In this document: piece by piece, positions 36,594 through 45,868 of the stretch
Layout: every line of letters begins with the position of its first letter
Position numbering within the stretch: the stretch's first letter is position 1
NCBI GenBank assembly: GCA_018335655.1
Contig: JAGXRX010000014.1
Span: 110,370-174,369, forward strand
Source: Erysipelothrix sp.
GTDB taxonomy: Bacteria; Bacillota_I; Bacilli_A; Erysipelotrichales; Erysipelotrichaceae
Length of the DNA: 64,000 nt
Direction of reading: 5' to 3'
Made by a program: the position numbers and the translations under genes
The notes under the pieces: model-generated
The model's input: the letters and a program-made list of their open reading frames with translations, nothing else
The model's database searches: none
Told to the model about the DNA's origin: nothing

Positions 36594-38225
36594 ATGAAAA
36601 CAATGACGTCGTATTATATTAACACTTTGATTAAAATAATTAGAGATATTTCTCCTTCAAAGCAATGGGTTATATTCACACCTACCTTTAGTATTTCTAC
36701 ATGGATCACTAATGATGAACAGCTTTCATCTCAAAAGTTTGAGATTATTTCAGGTGCACATACAAATCGATTCAATAACGCACTAGAGCTCTTTAATAAC
36801 CGTCTTCTTAATGGATTAATTATTTCATATGAACAAACACTCAATCCTTCAAAATTCAACCAGATTATCGACACGATCAAAGGCATCGATGTTTTAATTC
36901 TCGATCAAGTTCATCGAGCTCATCTTCATTCTTTATATTATTCAATTGAAATGGAAGTGATGGCAAGGCAAGTTAGCACTATTCAACCTAAAGAGATCCA
37001 TCAGATTGTGGCTGCATACCAAGCACCCCTTAATATTAAAGAATCTATCATTCATCAGTTGAACCACCCAACACAAGTACTTTCATTCCCGTTTAATTTA
37101 CAAGCACTTATGACTCATATTTCGTCATTTAAAAGAGTACTATGGGTTGCACAATCATACAGTGAAGCAAATGCAGTGTCTGCATATCTTTCATATGCAA
37201 ACATTTCTCATGCATTGATACACAAAAAAGTAGAAGAATCTTTAAAAGTAAGCTTACAAGAAAGTTTTATTCATCATGAGTTACACTCATGTGTCACAAC
37301 TCTTGAGACACAATTGCCTCTTGATATTCAAGGAATCGATTGTGTTGTCTATACTTTTGATGTGAGAAGTGATCAAGTATTAAGTTTCTTCGTGCCTTAC
37401 ATTAACGAAAATGCCTCATGGATGATGATTGATTGGTTTAAAGCAAGTGATCTTAGTGTCTTAGGACATCCTATTAATCAAAATATGTTTGATTTTCTTC
37501 ATCATGTCTCAATGATAGAAGAGGGATGTTCAATGCGAGAAGCAGAAAGAACACTAAACATTGACTCATATGAGTTTGAGCGTATTATTAAGTTTTTAAA
37601 AGGACGATCTATCATTAAGAAAGTTGGTCTTAAGTATGTCATTGATCAAGCAGAAGCCATTCACGCTCTTTATGAAGAGGCCAGTGAGTCGTTTGTTGCT
37701 AAGCGTAGCTTCAATATCATTAAGAAGCTATACCCTTTAGAATCATTCCCACATGGTGTTATCTTTCCAATTAGTGCTAAGAAAATCATGCCAGTTGGAT
37801 TTTTTGATTTTACTACGATTCCAGATGATCTTAAGCATGAAGATGGGTTTATTTTTGCTTCAATTCCTGATATTTCAACAGTTCAAAACTTTGTAAGTAA
37901 TCATCACATCGAGTGTATCATTGATGCAACCGTACTTGAAAAAGGAAGTAATGAGAGTTTGTGGCTTAAATCGAGTGAGATTGAAGTACTACCAATTATA
38001 TCGGATAAAGTGATGAGTTCATTTGAAGCAAAGAATCCATACCAACGAGTTAAATTAGCGAAATCTATAGTAGACCAGATTACTTTTCCAGATCTTTCAA
38101 ATGTCAAACATGTATTAATAGTTATAAGGAATTACGATGAAGGTTGGTTGCTCAGCTCTTTGTGTATTGCACTTAAAAATCAGGCACCTCATGTGGTGAT
38201 TTATCCAATTTGTCTCAGGTTTTAG
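36594..38225 (+). CDS. RecQ-like SF2 helicase homolog with degenerate catalytic motifs (probable pseudo-helicase)
   Basis: The sequence is colinear with the RecQ core, but the motifs are altered. Walker A MPTGGGKS becomes TPTFSIST. DEAH becomes DQVH (VLILDQVHRAH). Motif VI QETGRAGRDG becomes VPYINENAS. The RecA2 region is recognisable (VLWVAQSYSEANAVSAYL...IDCVVYTFDV). Confidence 0.5.
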   Translation: MKTMTSYYINTLIKIIRDISPSKQWVIFTPTFSISTWITNDEQLSSQKFEIISGAHTNRFNNALELFNNRLLNGLIISYEQTLNPSKFNQIIDTIKGIDVLILDQVHRAHLHSLYYSIEMEVMARQVSTIQPKEIHQIVAAYQAPLNIKESIIHQLNHPTQVLSFPFNLQALMTHISSFKRVLWVAQSYSEANAVSAYLSYANISHALIHKKVEESLKVSLQESFIHHELHSCVTTLETQLPLDIQGIDCVVYTFDVRSDQVLSFFVPYINENASWMMIDWFKASDLSVLGHPINQNMFDFLHHVSMIEEGCSMREAERTLNIDSYEFERIIKFLKGRSIIKKVGLKYVIDQAEAIHALYEEASESFVAKRSFNIIKKLYPLESFPHGVIFPISAKKIMPVGFFDFTTIPDDLKHEDGFIFASIPDISTVQNFVSNHHIECIIDATVLEKGSNESLWLKSSEIEVLPIISDKVMSSFEAKNPYQRVKLAKSIVDQITFPDLSNVKHVLIVIRNYDEGWLLSSLCIALKNQAPHVVIYPICLRF

Positions 38226-38360
38226 CTAGTCCATATATTTACTCTCAAAGAGCTAATAGATTCAATATATGAATGTTTTGATGTGATAATCGTAAGTTGA
38301 ATTAGTGATTTGCTTGTGTGTGTTGGAGGGGTTTGGTAAAGTCAATATGAGGAAACTAAT

Positions 38361-38840
38361 ATGGCAACACACAACCACTTTGAATACTTTATCAAAACAA
38401 TCTCAACCCTTGATAAAACTTTTATATACAGTAAAAACGAGCATGAAGCATTGAAAGAATACATTGATAGCATTGATCAATCTAGTTTAATTCAGCGTAC
38501 TGTCACTGATTTACACATTCAAAATCAAAACTCAACACAACATTTGATCTTAACCCAACCACTTAATGAACTCCTTGATAAGGAGTTTCTTTCTCAATTC
38601 TATGAAAGTAAAACGGATGAAGTTCATTTTATGATGGTGTTTTCGGATAATGAAAGTGATTATTCTTCACATGTGAGAATTGTTGGAATGATAGCTCCTC
38701 AATTTACGTATCAAGTTATGGTTCGTCGTTTAAATCCTTTTGAGGAAGGACTTCTATTTACATTACAACTTGCACTATATACCATGTGGGAGGCTTCAAA
38801 GAAGGGTACTTATCCTTGGGTAACGTTAACGGATTACTAG
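38361..38840 (+). CDS. Hypothetical cytoplasmic protein
   Basis: 159-aa ORF with a plausible RBS (GAGGAAA). I recognise no motif. Confidence 0.5.
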   Translation: MATHNHFEYFIKTISTLDKTFIYSKNEHEALKEYIDSIDQSSLIQRTVTDLHIQNQNSTQHLILTQPLNELLDKEFLSQFYESKTDEVHFMMVFSDNESDYSSHVRIVGMIAPQFTYQVMVRRLNPFEEGLLFTLQLALYTMWEASKKGTYPWVTLTDY

Positions 38841-38973
38841 ATGAAGAAATATTCCTTAGTTTTATTTCTAGTTAAACGATTATCCAAAGCTATGATATCT
38901 TGATTAAATTCTAGTAAGTGATATGCTAATGATAGGGAAATTTATAAGCAGTTTGATGTAAAGGGGGAATATT

Positions 38974-39222
38974 ATGGGTGTTATCATTAAATGGTTTGGA
39001 CGTGCTTTGTGGATCATGGGTGTTGGGGGTAGTTTAATCGTTCTTTTTCAGTTTATTCGATACGGTGAAGGAACTACATTATCAGATAAGATTGTCTCTG
39101 CGATTGTATTGGGGTATTTATTTATTGCATTAGGTGAAATAATAATTCTTCTTGAGAAGAATCTTAAGCAAAACCAAGATCTGTATAAGTTATTTGAAAA
39201 TTGGGGAGGGGAAAACCAATAA
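38974..39222 (+). CDS. Small two-TM membrane protein, unknown function
   Basis: 82 aa with two hydrophobic helices and a G-rich RBS (AAGGGGGAA). Confidence 0.55.
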   Translation: MGVIIKWFGRALWIMGVGGSLIVLFQFIRYGEGTTLSDKIVSAIVLGYLFIALGEIIILLEKNLKQNQDLYKLFENWGGENQ

Positions 39223-39329
39223 TGGAAATTTTACTACTTTTAATTGTTATGTTCTTGTTTTCCATTACAGGGCTATTTATCTTAGGATATACATATAGCC
39301 TGGTGATGAAAAAATTATTTCCACGATAA
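39222..39329 (+). CDS. 35-aa hydrophobic peptide (not in the ORF track)
   Basis: MEILLLLIVMFLFSITGLFILGYTYSLVMKKLFPR. The ATG overlaps the preceding stop (TAATG). GGGGAGGGG lies 11 nt upstream, and a terminator follows directly. Confidence 0.45.
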   Translation: MEILLLLIVMFLFSITGLFILGYTYSLVMKKLFPR

Positions 39330-39355
39330 ACAACGAGATTCTCGTTGTTTTTTTA
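39329..39355 (+). terminator. Intrinsic terminator
   Basis: CAACGAG att CTCGTTG stem followed by a T8 run. Confidence 0.8.
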
Positions 39356-39430
39356 TGGATTTAGATGAGAAAACTTCAAAAAGATTGAAAAGTGTGTATA
39401 ATAGTTGCATGTGCAATTATTGGAGGACAT

Positions 39431-39868
39431 ATGCTACCCATTAACAAAACCATCTCTTTGATAGAGCGATATAACCTCGCTTTTCGTGATCATCAGTTTT
39501 CTCAGTTCAAGTTAAAAGGATATCAAGCTTCTTTTCTTATTGAAATTTCAAAGAAGGCGCAATACCCAATGGAATCTTTAATAGAAACAATGCATGTGGA
39601 TAAAAGCACAGTAACACGTGGTATTCAAGCATGTGTTAAATTAGGTTACGTGAATATCTCACATAGTGAATCAGATCGTCGTTATAAGCACTTAACACTC
39701 ACTCCATTAGGAACTTCCGTTAAAGATGAGTGTGTTCAAATTCTCAAACAACAACGTAGTTATTTAATGCAAGATTTTGATGAAGCTGCAGAAGCTCAAT
39801 TCTTAGACTATTTAAATCAATTGTTTACCCGTGCAAAGGAACTTTCCAACCATGAAGACCATATTTAG
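39431..39868 (+). CDS. MarR-family transcriptional regulator
   Basis: wHTH region SLIETMHVDKSTVTRGIQACVKLGYV...SESDRRYKHLTLTPLG. ATG at 39431 behind GGAGG. Confidence 0.85.
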   Translation: MLPINKTISLIERYNLAFRDHQFSQFKLKGYQASFLIEISKKAQYPMESLIETMHVDKSTVTRGIQACVKLGYVNISHSESDRRYKHLTLTPLGTSVKDECVQILKQQRSYLMQDFDEAAEAQFLDYLNQLFTRAKELSNHEDHI

Positions 39869-41564
39869 GTATTTAAAGCCATATCAATCAAAACTGTTTT
39901 TAGGCATTTTAATCAAAGCTGTTGCTGGTATTCTTGATTTAATGCTTCCTTTTTTACTTGCAGTTATTATTGATAGAATTATCCCTACAAAATCGATACC
40001 TTTAGTATTATGGTTTGGAGTAATGATGCTTGTGGCTGCTATCTTATCACTCACCTTTAATGTGCTTGCGAATCGTATATCTGCCAAAGTAAGTACTGAT
40101 GCAATCTTGGATTTAAGAAAAGATGGATATCGAAAGATTATGGCTCTACCTTCAAAGCGTGTTGATGAAGTAGGGCTACCATCACTTGTATCTCGTATGA
40201 CGACAGATACTTATCATGTGTATCGTTTCTTCAATGTCATGCAGCGTATGGGAATACGTGCTCCTATACTTCTAATTGGGGCTGTTATACTAATGGTTAT
40301 TATTGACTTTAATCTATCTATTATTATGTTAGTGATGTTACCACTTTTATTCATGGTTGTTGGGTTTATTACGGTTAAGGGAATCCCTTACTTTGATACA
40401 CTACAGCGCTCACTTGATGAACTTATTAAAGTAGTTCGAGAAAATCTTACTGGAATACGCATTATTAAAGCCTTTAATCAACAAGACAATGAAATCAAAC
40501 GCTTTTCAAATATTAATGAACTGACTTCAATGAAAGAACAGAAAGCTAACATTATTGTAGGATTACTTAATCCTACAATGGCGTTACTTCTTAATAGTGG
40601 GTTAATTATTATACTTTGGGTTGGGGCTAATAATGTTCTTAATGGAACTTCAAATGTTGGGTCAATTATTGCTTATATCTCATACTTCACGCTCATACTT
40701 AATGCGTTTTATGCACTTAATCGGATATTTTTACTTTCATCAAAGGCTAGTGCGAGTGCGAATCGTTTAACTGAACTTCTTGAAAGTGATGATCATGTAT
40801 CAATTATTCCTTCAGATAAGGATAGTAGTGATAATCGAGTCTTATCTTTTGAACATGTAACATTTGGTTATTTTGATCAAGAACCAACCCTCAAAGACAT
40901 TCATTTTGATCTTTATCCTCATGAGACTTTAGCAATCATCGGTGCAACAGGTTCAGGGAAATCAACACTAGCACAACTTTGTTTGCGACTCTATGATCCT
41001 CAAAGCGGAACTATTTCACTTCTAGGGCAAAATATTCAAAGCATACCTTTAAGTGAGTTAAGAAAATCATTCGCAGTTGTCTTTCAAAATGACACATTGT
41101 TTTCATTTACGATTGCCCAAAATATTCAACTTGGTGATGTGGTGAGTGATGAATTAATGATAACTTCGCTTAATCAAGCTCAGGCTGATTTTGTGCAGGA
41201 GTTACCTTTAAAGCTAGAAACTTCAGTGCAACGATCAGGGTCTAACTTCTCTGGAGGACAAAAGCAACGTCTTGTATTATCACGTGCATTTGCAAAAGAA
41301 GCGAAGGTTCTTATTCTTGATGATGCGTCAAGTGCTCTAGACTACATGACTGAATCCCTTATTTTCCAAAACTTAAAGTCAATGAAGCCTTTAAGTACGC
41401 TTTTAATTACTCAACGTGTTTCTTTAGCATTAGCTGCTGATAAGGTTTTAATGTTGGAAGCAGGGAAAATGGTAGGGTATGGAACACATAGTGAACTTAT
41501 GAAGACATGCATACCATACAAGCAACTTGTAAATATTCAGTTAGGAGGTGAAGCATATGAGTAG
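39852..41564 (+). CDS. ABC exporter half-transporter (TMD-NBD), degenerate-site partner of a heterodimer
   Basis: Walker A GATGSGKST and signature FSGGQKQR. Walker B is ILDDASS, with Asp replacing the catalytic Glu as in LmrC/BmrC-type subunits. Confidence 0.88.
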   Translation: MKTIFRYLKPYQSKLFLGILIKAVAGILDLMLPFLLAVIIDRIIPTKSIPLVLWFGVMMLVAAILSLTFNVLANRISAKVSTDAILDLRKDGYRKIMALPSKRVDEVGLPSLVSRMTTDTYHVYRFFNVMQRMGIRAPILLIGAVILMVIIDFNLSIIMLVMLPLLFMVVGFITVKGIPYFDTLQRSLDELIKVVRENLTGIRIIKAFNQQDNEIKRFSNINELTSMKEQKANIIVGLLNPTMALLLNSGLIIILWVGANNVLNGTSNVGSIIAYISYFTLILNAFYALNRIFLLSSKASASANRLTELLESDDHVSIIPSDKDSSDNRVLSFEHVTFGYFDQEPTLKDIHFDLYPHETLAIIGATGSGKSTLAQLCLRLYDPQSGTISLLGQNIQSIPLSELRKSFAVVFQNDTLFSFTIAQNIQLGDVVSDELMITSLNQAQADFVQELPLKLETSVQRSGSNFSGGQKQRLVLSRAFAKEAKVLILDDASSALDYMTESLIFQNLKSMKPLSTLLITQRVSLALAADKVLMLEAGKMVGYGTHSELMKTCIPYKQLVNIQLGGEAYE

Positions 41565-43347
41565 AATGGGCGGCCCTATTTCAGCGGCTATAGATAAACC
41601 AAAAGATGCTTCTAAAACCCTAAAACGTTTAGTGTTGTTTATGAGTCATGTGAAAGGGTGGTTACTTTTAGCACTAATTCTTTCACTTATGTCTTCATTG
41701 GCGCAACTTGTCGGGCCTTATTATATTGGTCTAATCTTTGATGTTTTAGATTCAAGTTCTGTTGATAAACTACCTCAAATTGCACAGATTCTCACGTGGT
41801 TAATTGGATTTTATATCTTAAGTGTTGCTTTACAATATACACTCTCAGTATTAATGATTGTGATTGCCCAAAAGGTTATTGTTAGAATGCGTGCTGCAGT
41901 GTTTAAGAAGTTTACAACACTATCAATATCGTATTTTGATCGTTATCAAATTGGAGATATGTTATCACGTATTTCTTATGACATTGACACAATAAATACT
42001 TCGCTTTCAGCGGATGTTATTGTTTTATTCTCATCCTTTGTGACGGTTGTTAGTGCGTTCTTTATTATGATGAGTATATCCTTACCTCTTCTTAGTGTTT
42101 TTGTTATTACGTTACCGCTATCTATTTATACAACCCGTAAACTTGCAAGACTTACACGACCATTATTTCGTACTCGTAGTGCGAAACTTGGCGATATGAA
42201 TGGTTACATTGAAGAAACAATCAGTGGACTTAAGACAATTAAAGCATATGCCGTTGAGCCTAATTTTATTGATGGCTTTGATGAAAAAAACTATGATGCT
42301 TCTATGGCATATTATCAAGCAGATTATTGGGGAAGTATTTCAGGTCCTGCAATTAATTTCATAAATAATATTTCATTAACTCTTATATCACTTGTGGGTT
42401 CTCTCTTGTATTTATTTCAAATTATTAGTATAGGAAATATTAGCTCATTTATACTGTATTCTCGTCGTTTTTCTGCACCGATTACTGAAGCTAGTAACAT
42501 GGTTGCAGAACTGCAATCAACACTCGCAGCTGCAGAGCGTGTTTTCAAAGTACTTGATGAAGATGGAGAACAAGAAACAGGGAACTTAGAGTTAATTACA
42601 CCACTAAGAGGTGATGTTGAGTTTGAAAACGTTAGCTTTAGATACGTCGACGACCAACCTATCATTAAGAATGTTAGTCTAAAAGTACCTGCTCAAAGCA
42701 TGGTTGCGATTGTTGGTCCAACAGGTGGTGGTAAGACAACACTTGTGAGTTTACTTATGCGTTTCTATGATCCTCAATCAGGTCAAATTCTCATTGATGG
42801 TCAACCTATTCAAACATGTACCCGTACAAGTGTTCGTCAAGCTTTTGGAATGGTACTTCAAGATAGTTGGTTATTTGAGGGTTCATTAAAAGATAACCTT
42901 ACATATGGTGCAATTGACATTACTGAAGACCGTTTATGGGAAGTTATTGAAAAAGTATCACTTACACACTTTGTGAAGTCTTCAAAAGATGGACTAAAGA
43001 CAATAATTTACGATGATGGTTCAAATCTTTCAAAAGGTCAAAAGCAATTAATAACAATTGCCCGGGCTATGTTACTTGATCGTCCCATGGTTATCCTTGA
43101 TGAAGCGACTTCCAATGTTGATACGATGACAGAAAAGATGATTGCATCCGCATTAAAGGAATTAACCACAAATAAAACATGTTTTATTATCGCTCACCGA
43201 TTGAGCACAATCGTTGCGTCTGATATGATAGTCGTAGTAGAAAACGGTGAAGTTGCTGAAGTGGGGACTCATCAAAGTCTTATGAGTGCAAAAGGCGCAT
43301 ACTATCGTTTATATAACGCACAATTCAATGAAGGAATTCAGCAATGA
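41557..43347 (+). CDS. ABC exporter half-transporter (TMD-NBD), consensus-site partner
   Basis: Walker A GPTGGGKTT and Walker B ILDEATS (Glu present). The signature is non-canonical (LSKGQKQ), which complements the degenerate site of the upstream subunit. Confidence 0.88.
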   Translation: MSRMGGPISAAIDKPKDASKTLKRLVLFMSHVKGWLLLALILSLMSSLAQLVGPYYIGLIFDVLDSSSVDKLPQIAQILTWLIGFYILSVALQYTLSVLMIVIAQKVIVRMRAAVFKKFTTLSISYFDRYQIGDMLSRISYDIDTINTSLSADVIVLFSSFVTVVSAFFIMMSISLPLLSVFVITLPLSIYTTRKLARLTRPLFRTRSAKLGDMNGYIEETISGLKTIKAYAVEPNFIDGFDEKNYDASMAYYQADYWGSISGPAINFINNISLTLISLVGSLLYLFQIISIGNISSFILYSRRFSAPITEASNMVAELQSTLAAAERVFKVLDEDGEQETGNLELITPLRGDVEFENVSFRYVDDQPIIKNVSLKVPAQSMVAIVGPTGGGKTTLVSLLMRFYDPQSGQILIDGQPIQTCTRTSVRQAFGMVLQDSWLFEGSLKDNLTYGAIDITEDRLWEVIEKVSLTHFVKSSKDGLKTIIYDDGSNLSKGQKQLITIARAMLLDRPMVILDEATSNVDTMTEKMIASALKELTTNKTCFIIAHRLSTIVASDMIVVVENGEVAEVGTHQSLMSAKGAYYRLYNAQFNEGIQQ

Positions 43348-44258
43348 TCAATATACTTTTCCAACAACTACTCGTTATGTTTGCCATGCTTGGTTTAGGA
43401 GCATGGATGAGAAAAAAAGGCATGATGAGTGAGACCACTTTTAAGGATTTAGGGGTGTTTCTCTTATATGTTATTTCACCAATTGTAGTTTTTAGAGGAT
43501 ACTTAGTGCCTTTTACTGACCTCAATACATCACGTCTTATCATGTCGAGTATTGTTTCACTTGTCCTACTATTAATGATTATTGCGATTGCCGCAATCAT
43601 TTATCGAAAAGATGGTCTAAGTATTTTCGCAAGTATATTTACAAACTCAGGGTTTATGGGTATCCCATTAGTTCTTGCTTTGTTTTCTCAAGAAGCAGTC
43701 TTTATTCTAAGTCCTTTTCTTTCATGGTTGTTTGTCATCCAATGGACCTTAGGCATTGTTGTTATCACTAAAGACATCACGACAATGTCCTTTAAGAAAG
43801 TTATTCTCAACCCAGTGATTCTTGCCACAATCTTTGGAGTTATTGTCTACGCTCTTCAAATTCATGTTCCTGAAGTGGTTAATGAATTCTTGAGTAGAAT
43901 CGGTGCGATGCTTATGCCAGTGGCTATGATTGTCTTAGGAAGCACATTTGTGAACATTTCATTCAAAAAAATGTTGAGAGATTCGCGAGTTTGGGTTATG
44001 GTGTTAGTAAGATTATTTGTTTTGCCACTTTTTGTGGTATTAGCGTTAACGTTTATTGCGAAGGACTATGAACTTGTAGCATATACACTACTTGTTGCTA
44101 TGTCAGCACCCATTGGTGCTAATGTGGCAATCTTAGCTCAGCAATATGATCGTGACACGCAGTTAGCTGCATCTCAAATCATGATGACAACTTTGTTTTC
44201 GATTATTAGTATGCCTTTAATGGTGTGGATAGCACAGATGCTATGGAGGAGCCTATGA
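43344..44258 (+). CDS. Auxin-efflux-carrier (AEC) family permease
   Basis: 304 aa, about 10 TM, with a pattern typical of the MleP/YwkB-like AEC family. ATGA overlap with the ABC gene. Confidence 0.7.
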   Translation: MINILFQQLLVMFAMLGLGAWMRKKGMMSETTFKDLGVFLLYVISPIVVFRGYLVPFTDLNTSRLIMSSIVSLVLLLMIIAIAAIIYRKDGLSIFASIFTNSGFMGIPLVLALFSQEAVFILSPFLSWLFVIQWTLGIVVITKDITTMSFKKVILNPVILATIFGVIVYALQIHVPEVVNEFLSRIGAMLMPVAMIVLGSTFVNISFKKMLRDSRVWVMVLVRLFVLPLFVVLALTFIAKDYELVAYTLLVAMSAPIGANVAILAQQYDRDTQLAASQIMMTTLFSIISMPLMVWIAQMLWRSL

Positions 44259-45064
44259 CATATCCGATTGTATTCTTTGATGTGGATGGAACGCTTTTAA
44301 ACAGCAGTAAGAAAGTTACGCCTTTGACACGTTTTACTCTTGAACTCCTTAAAGAACAGGATATTAAGTTGTGCATTGCGACGGGTCGTCCCATTAAGTC
44401 TGCAAGACTTGCAATGAAACTTCATGGGATTGATCATTTAATTAGTGGATATGTTTGTAATAATGGCACAGATACATTGAATCTTGTGTCTAAAGTACAT
44501 AACCAAAATCATCTTTTATCACGTAGCGATGCCATAAAAATCTTAAATCATGTTAAGTCTTTAAATCTAAATGCAATGATTTATGGGCAAGAACATCTTT
44601 ATGCATTTAAAATGGATGATACTGTTGATCGAATTTCTGATCAAAATCAACTTGAACCAGTGATAACGGATATCTTTAATCTTGAGTTTGAAACCACCCC
44701 AAAAGTATTGTTTATCGTTAATGAAGAAACTTCAGCTCAAATTCATGAATTTATGGCAAAAAATCCTTTAAAAGGATATCAGTCATTTATATCTCAAAGT
44801 GATTTGTATGAATTTGTTAATGATAAAGCAGGTAAGGGAAAAGGTGTGGTTGCGTTAGCTTCAGAATTTGGTTTTGAAGCAAAAGACATTATGGCTTATG
44901 GCGATGCTGAAAACGATCATGAAATGATTCAACTTGTCGGTCATGGCGTTGCGATGAGTAATGGGGATGAGATTCTTAAGTCTATTGCTCAAGAAGTATG
45001 TGCAAGTAATGATGAAGATGGAGTTGCATTCTCACTAATTCATCACTATCATTTATCTATTTAA
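44255..45064 (+). CDS. Cof-type HAD-IIB phosphatase
   Basis: FFDVDGTLL motif I, the ATGR block, and GDAENDHEM motif IV. ATGA overlap with the AEC gene. Confidence 0.88.
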   Translation: MTYPIVFFDVDGTLLNSSKKVTPLTRFTLELLKEQDIKLCIATGRPIKSARLAMKLHGIDHLISGYVCNNGTDTLNLVSKVHNQNHLLSRSDAIKILNHVKSLNLNAMIYGQEHLYAFKMDDTVDRISDQNQLEPVITDIFNLEFETTPKVLFIVNEETSAQIHEFMAKNPLKGYQSFISQSDLYEFVNDKAGKGKGVVALASEFGFEAKDIMAYGDAENDHEMIQLVGHGVAMSNGDEILKSIAQEVCASNDEDGVAFSLIHHYHLSI

Positions 45065-45089
45065 AAAGCGTGAAATTTTCACGCTTTTT
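45063..45089. terminator. Bidirectional intrinsic terminator
   Basis: AAAAAGCGTGAAA t TTTCACGCTTTTT palindrome between convergent genes. Confidence 0.8.
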
Positions 45090-45573
45090 CTTTAAGAAAT
45101 TTTTCGATTGAAGATGCTAACTGATCTGGTGAAGTCTGAGGACCAAAGCGTAATACTTTTGTTTGATTTTTATTGAGTAAGAACTTCGTGAAGTTCCATT
45201 CAATATCTTGGTTGATTTTATTCTTTACACCATAAATGCCTGTCGCTTTACCTTTGTCTTTAAGAAATACAAAGAGGGGGTGAGTGTTTTCTCCATTGAC
45301 TTCAATCTTTTCATACGTCGTAAATGTTGTTTGAAATTTGAGTTGACAAATGCTTGATGCTTCTTGTGCTGACTCTAAGGATTGTTTAAAAGTGTTTGAA
45401 GGAAAATCAAGAACTTCAAATCCTTGTTCACGATACGTTTCAAATAATGATTGAATGTTTGCGAATTGTGGAGCTAATCCACATCCTGTTGCAGAGTTAA
45501 AAATTAAACATACTTTTCCTTTAAATTGATCTAGATTGAATTCTTCGTTAGTTGCTGACTTAAATGTGATCAT
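45079..45573 (-). CDS. Glutathione peroxidase family (Cys type)
   Basis: NSATGCGLAPQF active-site block and the WNFTKFL motif. Confidence 0.88.
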   Translation of the reverse strand: MITFKSATNEEFNLDQFKGKVCLIFNSATGCGLAPQFANIQSLFETYREQGFEVLDFPSNTFKQSLESAQEASSICQLKFQTTFTTYEKIEVNGENTHPLFVFLKDKGKATGIYGVKNKINQDIEWNFTKFLLNKNQTKVLRFGPQTSPDQLASSIEKFLKEKA

Positions 45574-45725
45574 AAATAGTTTATCTCCTTAACTAAATTA
45601 TACATTATCTACTGAGTAATATGTGAAACAATGCTTTATGTACTCTCAGTATATATTCAACAATATGGAAACTTATTATTTCTTATTTTAAATGTCTTTT
45701 TATGTGTGATTAACCGTTTAACTAT

Positions 45726-45754
45726 TGATTAATCAGCACAAATTGAGTATGATG
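45726..45754 (+). promoter_or_regulatory. Candidate sigma-A promoter driving the C-rich-loop hairpin, copy 1
   Basis: TTGATT (45726-45731), a 17-nt spacer, then TATGAT (45749-45754). The hairpin begins 7 nt later. Confidence 0.55.
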
Positions 45755-45760
45755 ATGTAG

Positions 45761-45812
45761 GATATCCTTGCAACAATACCCCCCACCCACGTTCAAGGTA
45801 TCCCTTTTTTTA
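45761..45812 (+). ncRNA. Candidate small RNA or leader: hairpin with conserved C-rich loop plus U-tract, copy 1
   Basis: GGATA(T)CCTTG - loop CAACAATACCCCCCACCCACGTT - CAAGGTATCC followed by CTTTTTTT. No + strand gene lies upstream for it to terminate. Confidence 0.45.
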
Positions 45813-45868
45813 TGCTCAAAATAATTAAACACATTTCTATCCTTAAAGGAGTTTGATATACTACGCAT

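Noticed and set aside
45079-45573. Possible selenocysteine in the glutathione peroxidase
   Set aside because: The active-site residue is encoded as Cys (…ATGCGLA…). There is no in-frame TGA.
45600-45660. Imperfect inverted repeat TACTGAGTA ... TACTCTCAGTA upstream of the glutathione peroxidase gene, as a possible PerR/OhrR-type operator
   Set aside because: The repeat has a 2-nt asymmetry and resembles no operator consensus I know. The evidence is insufficient.
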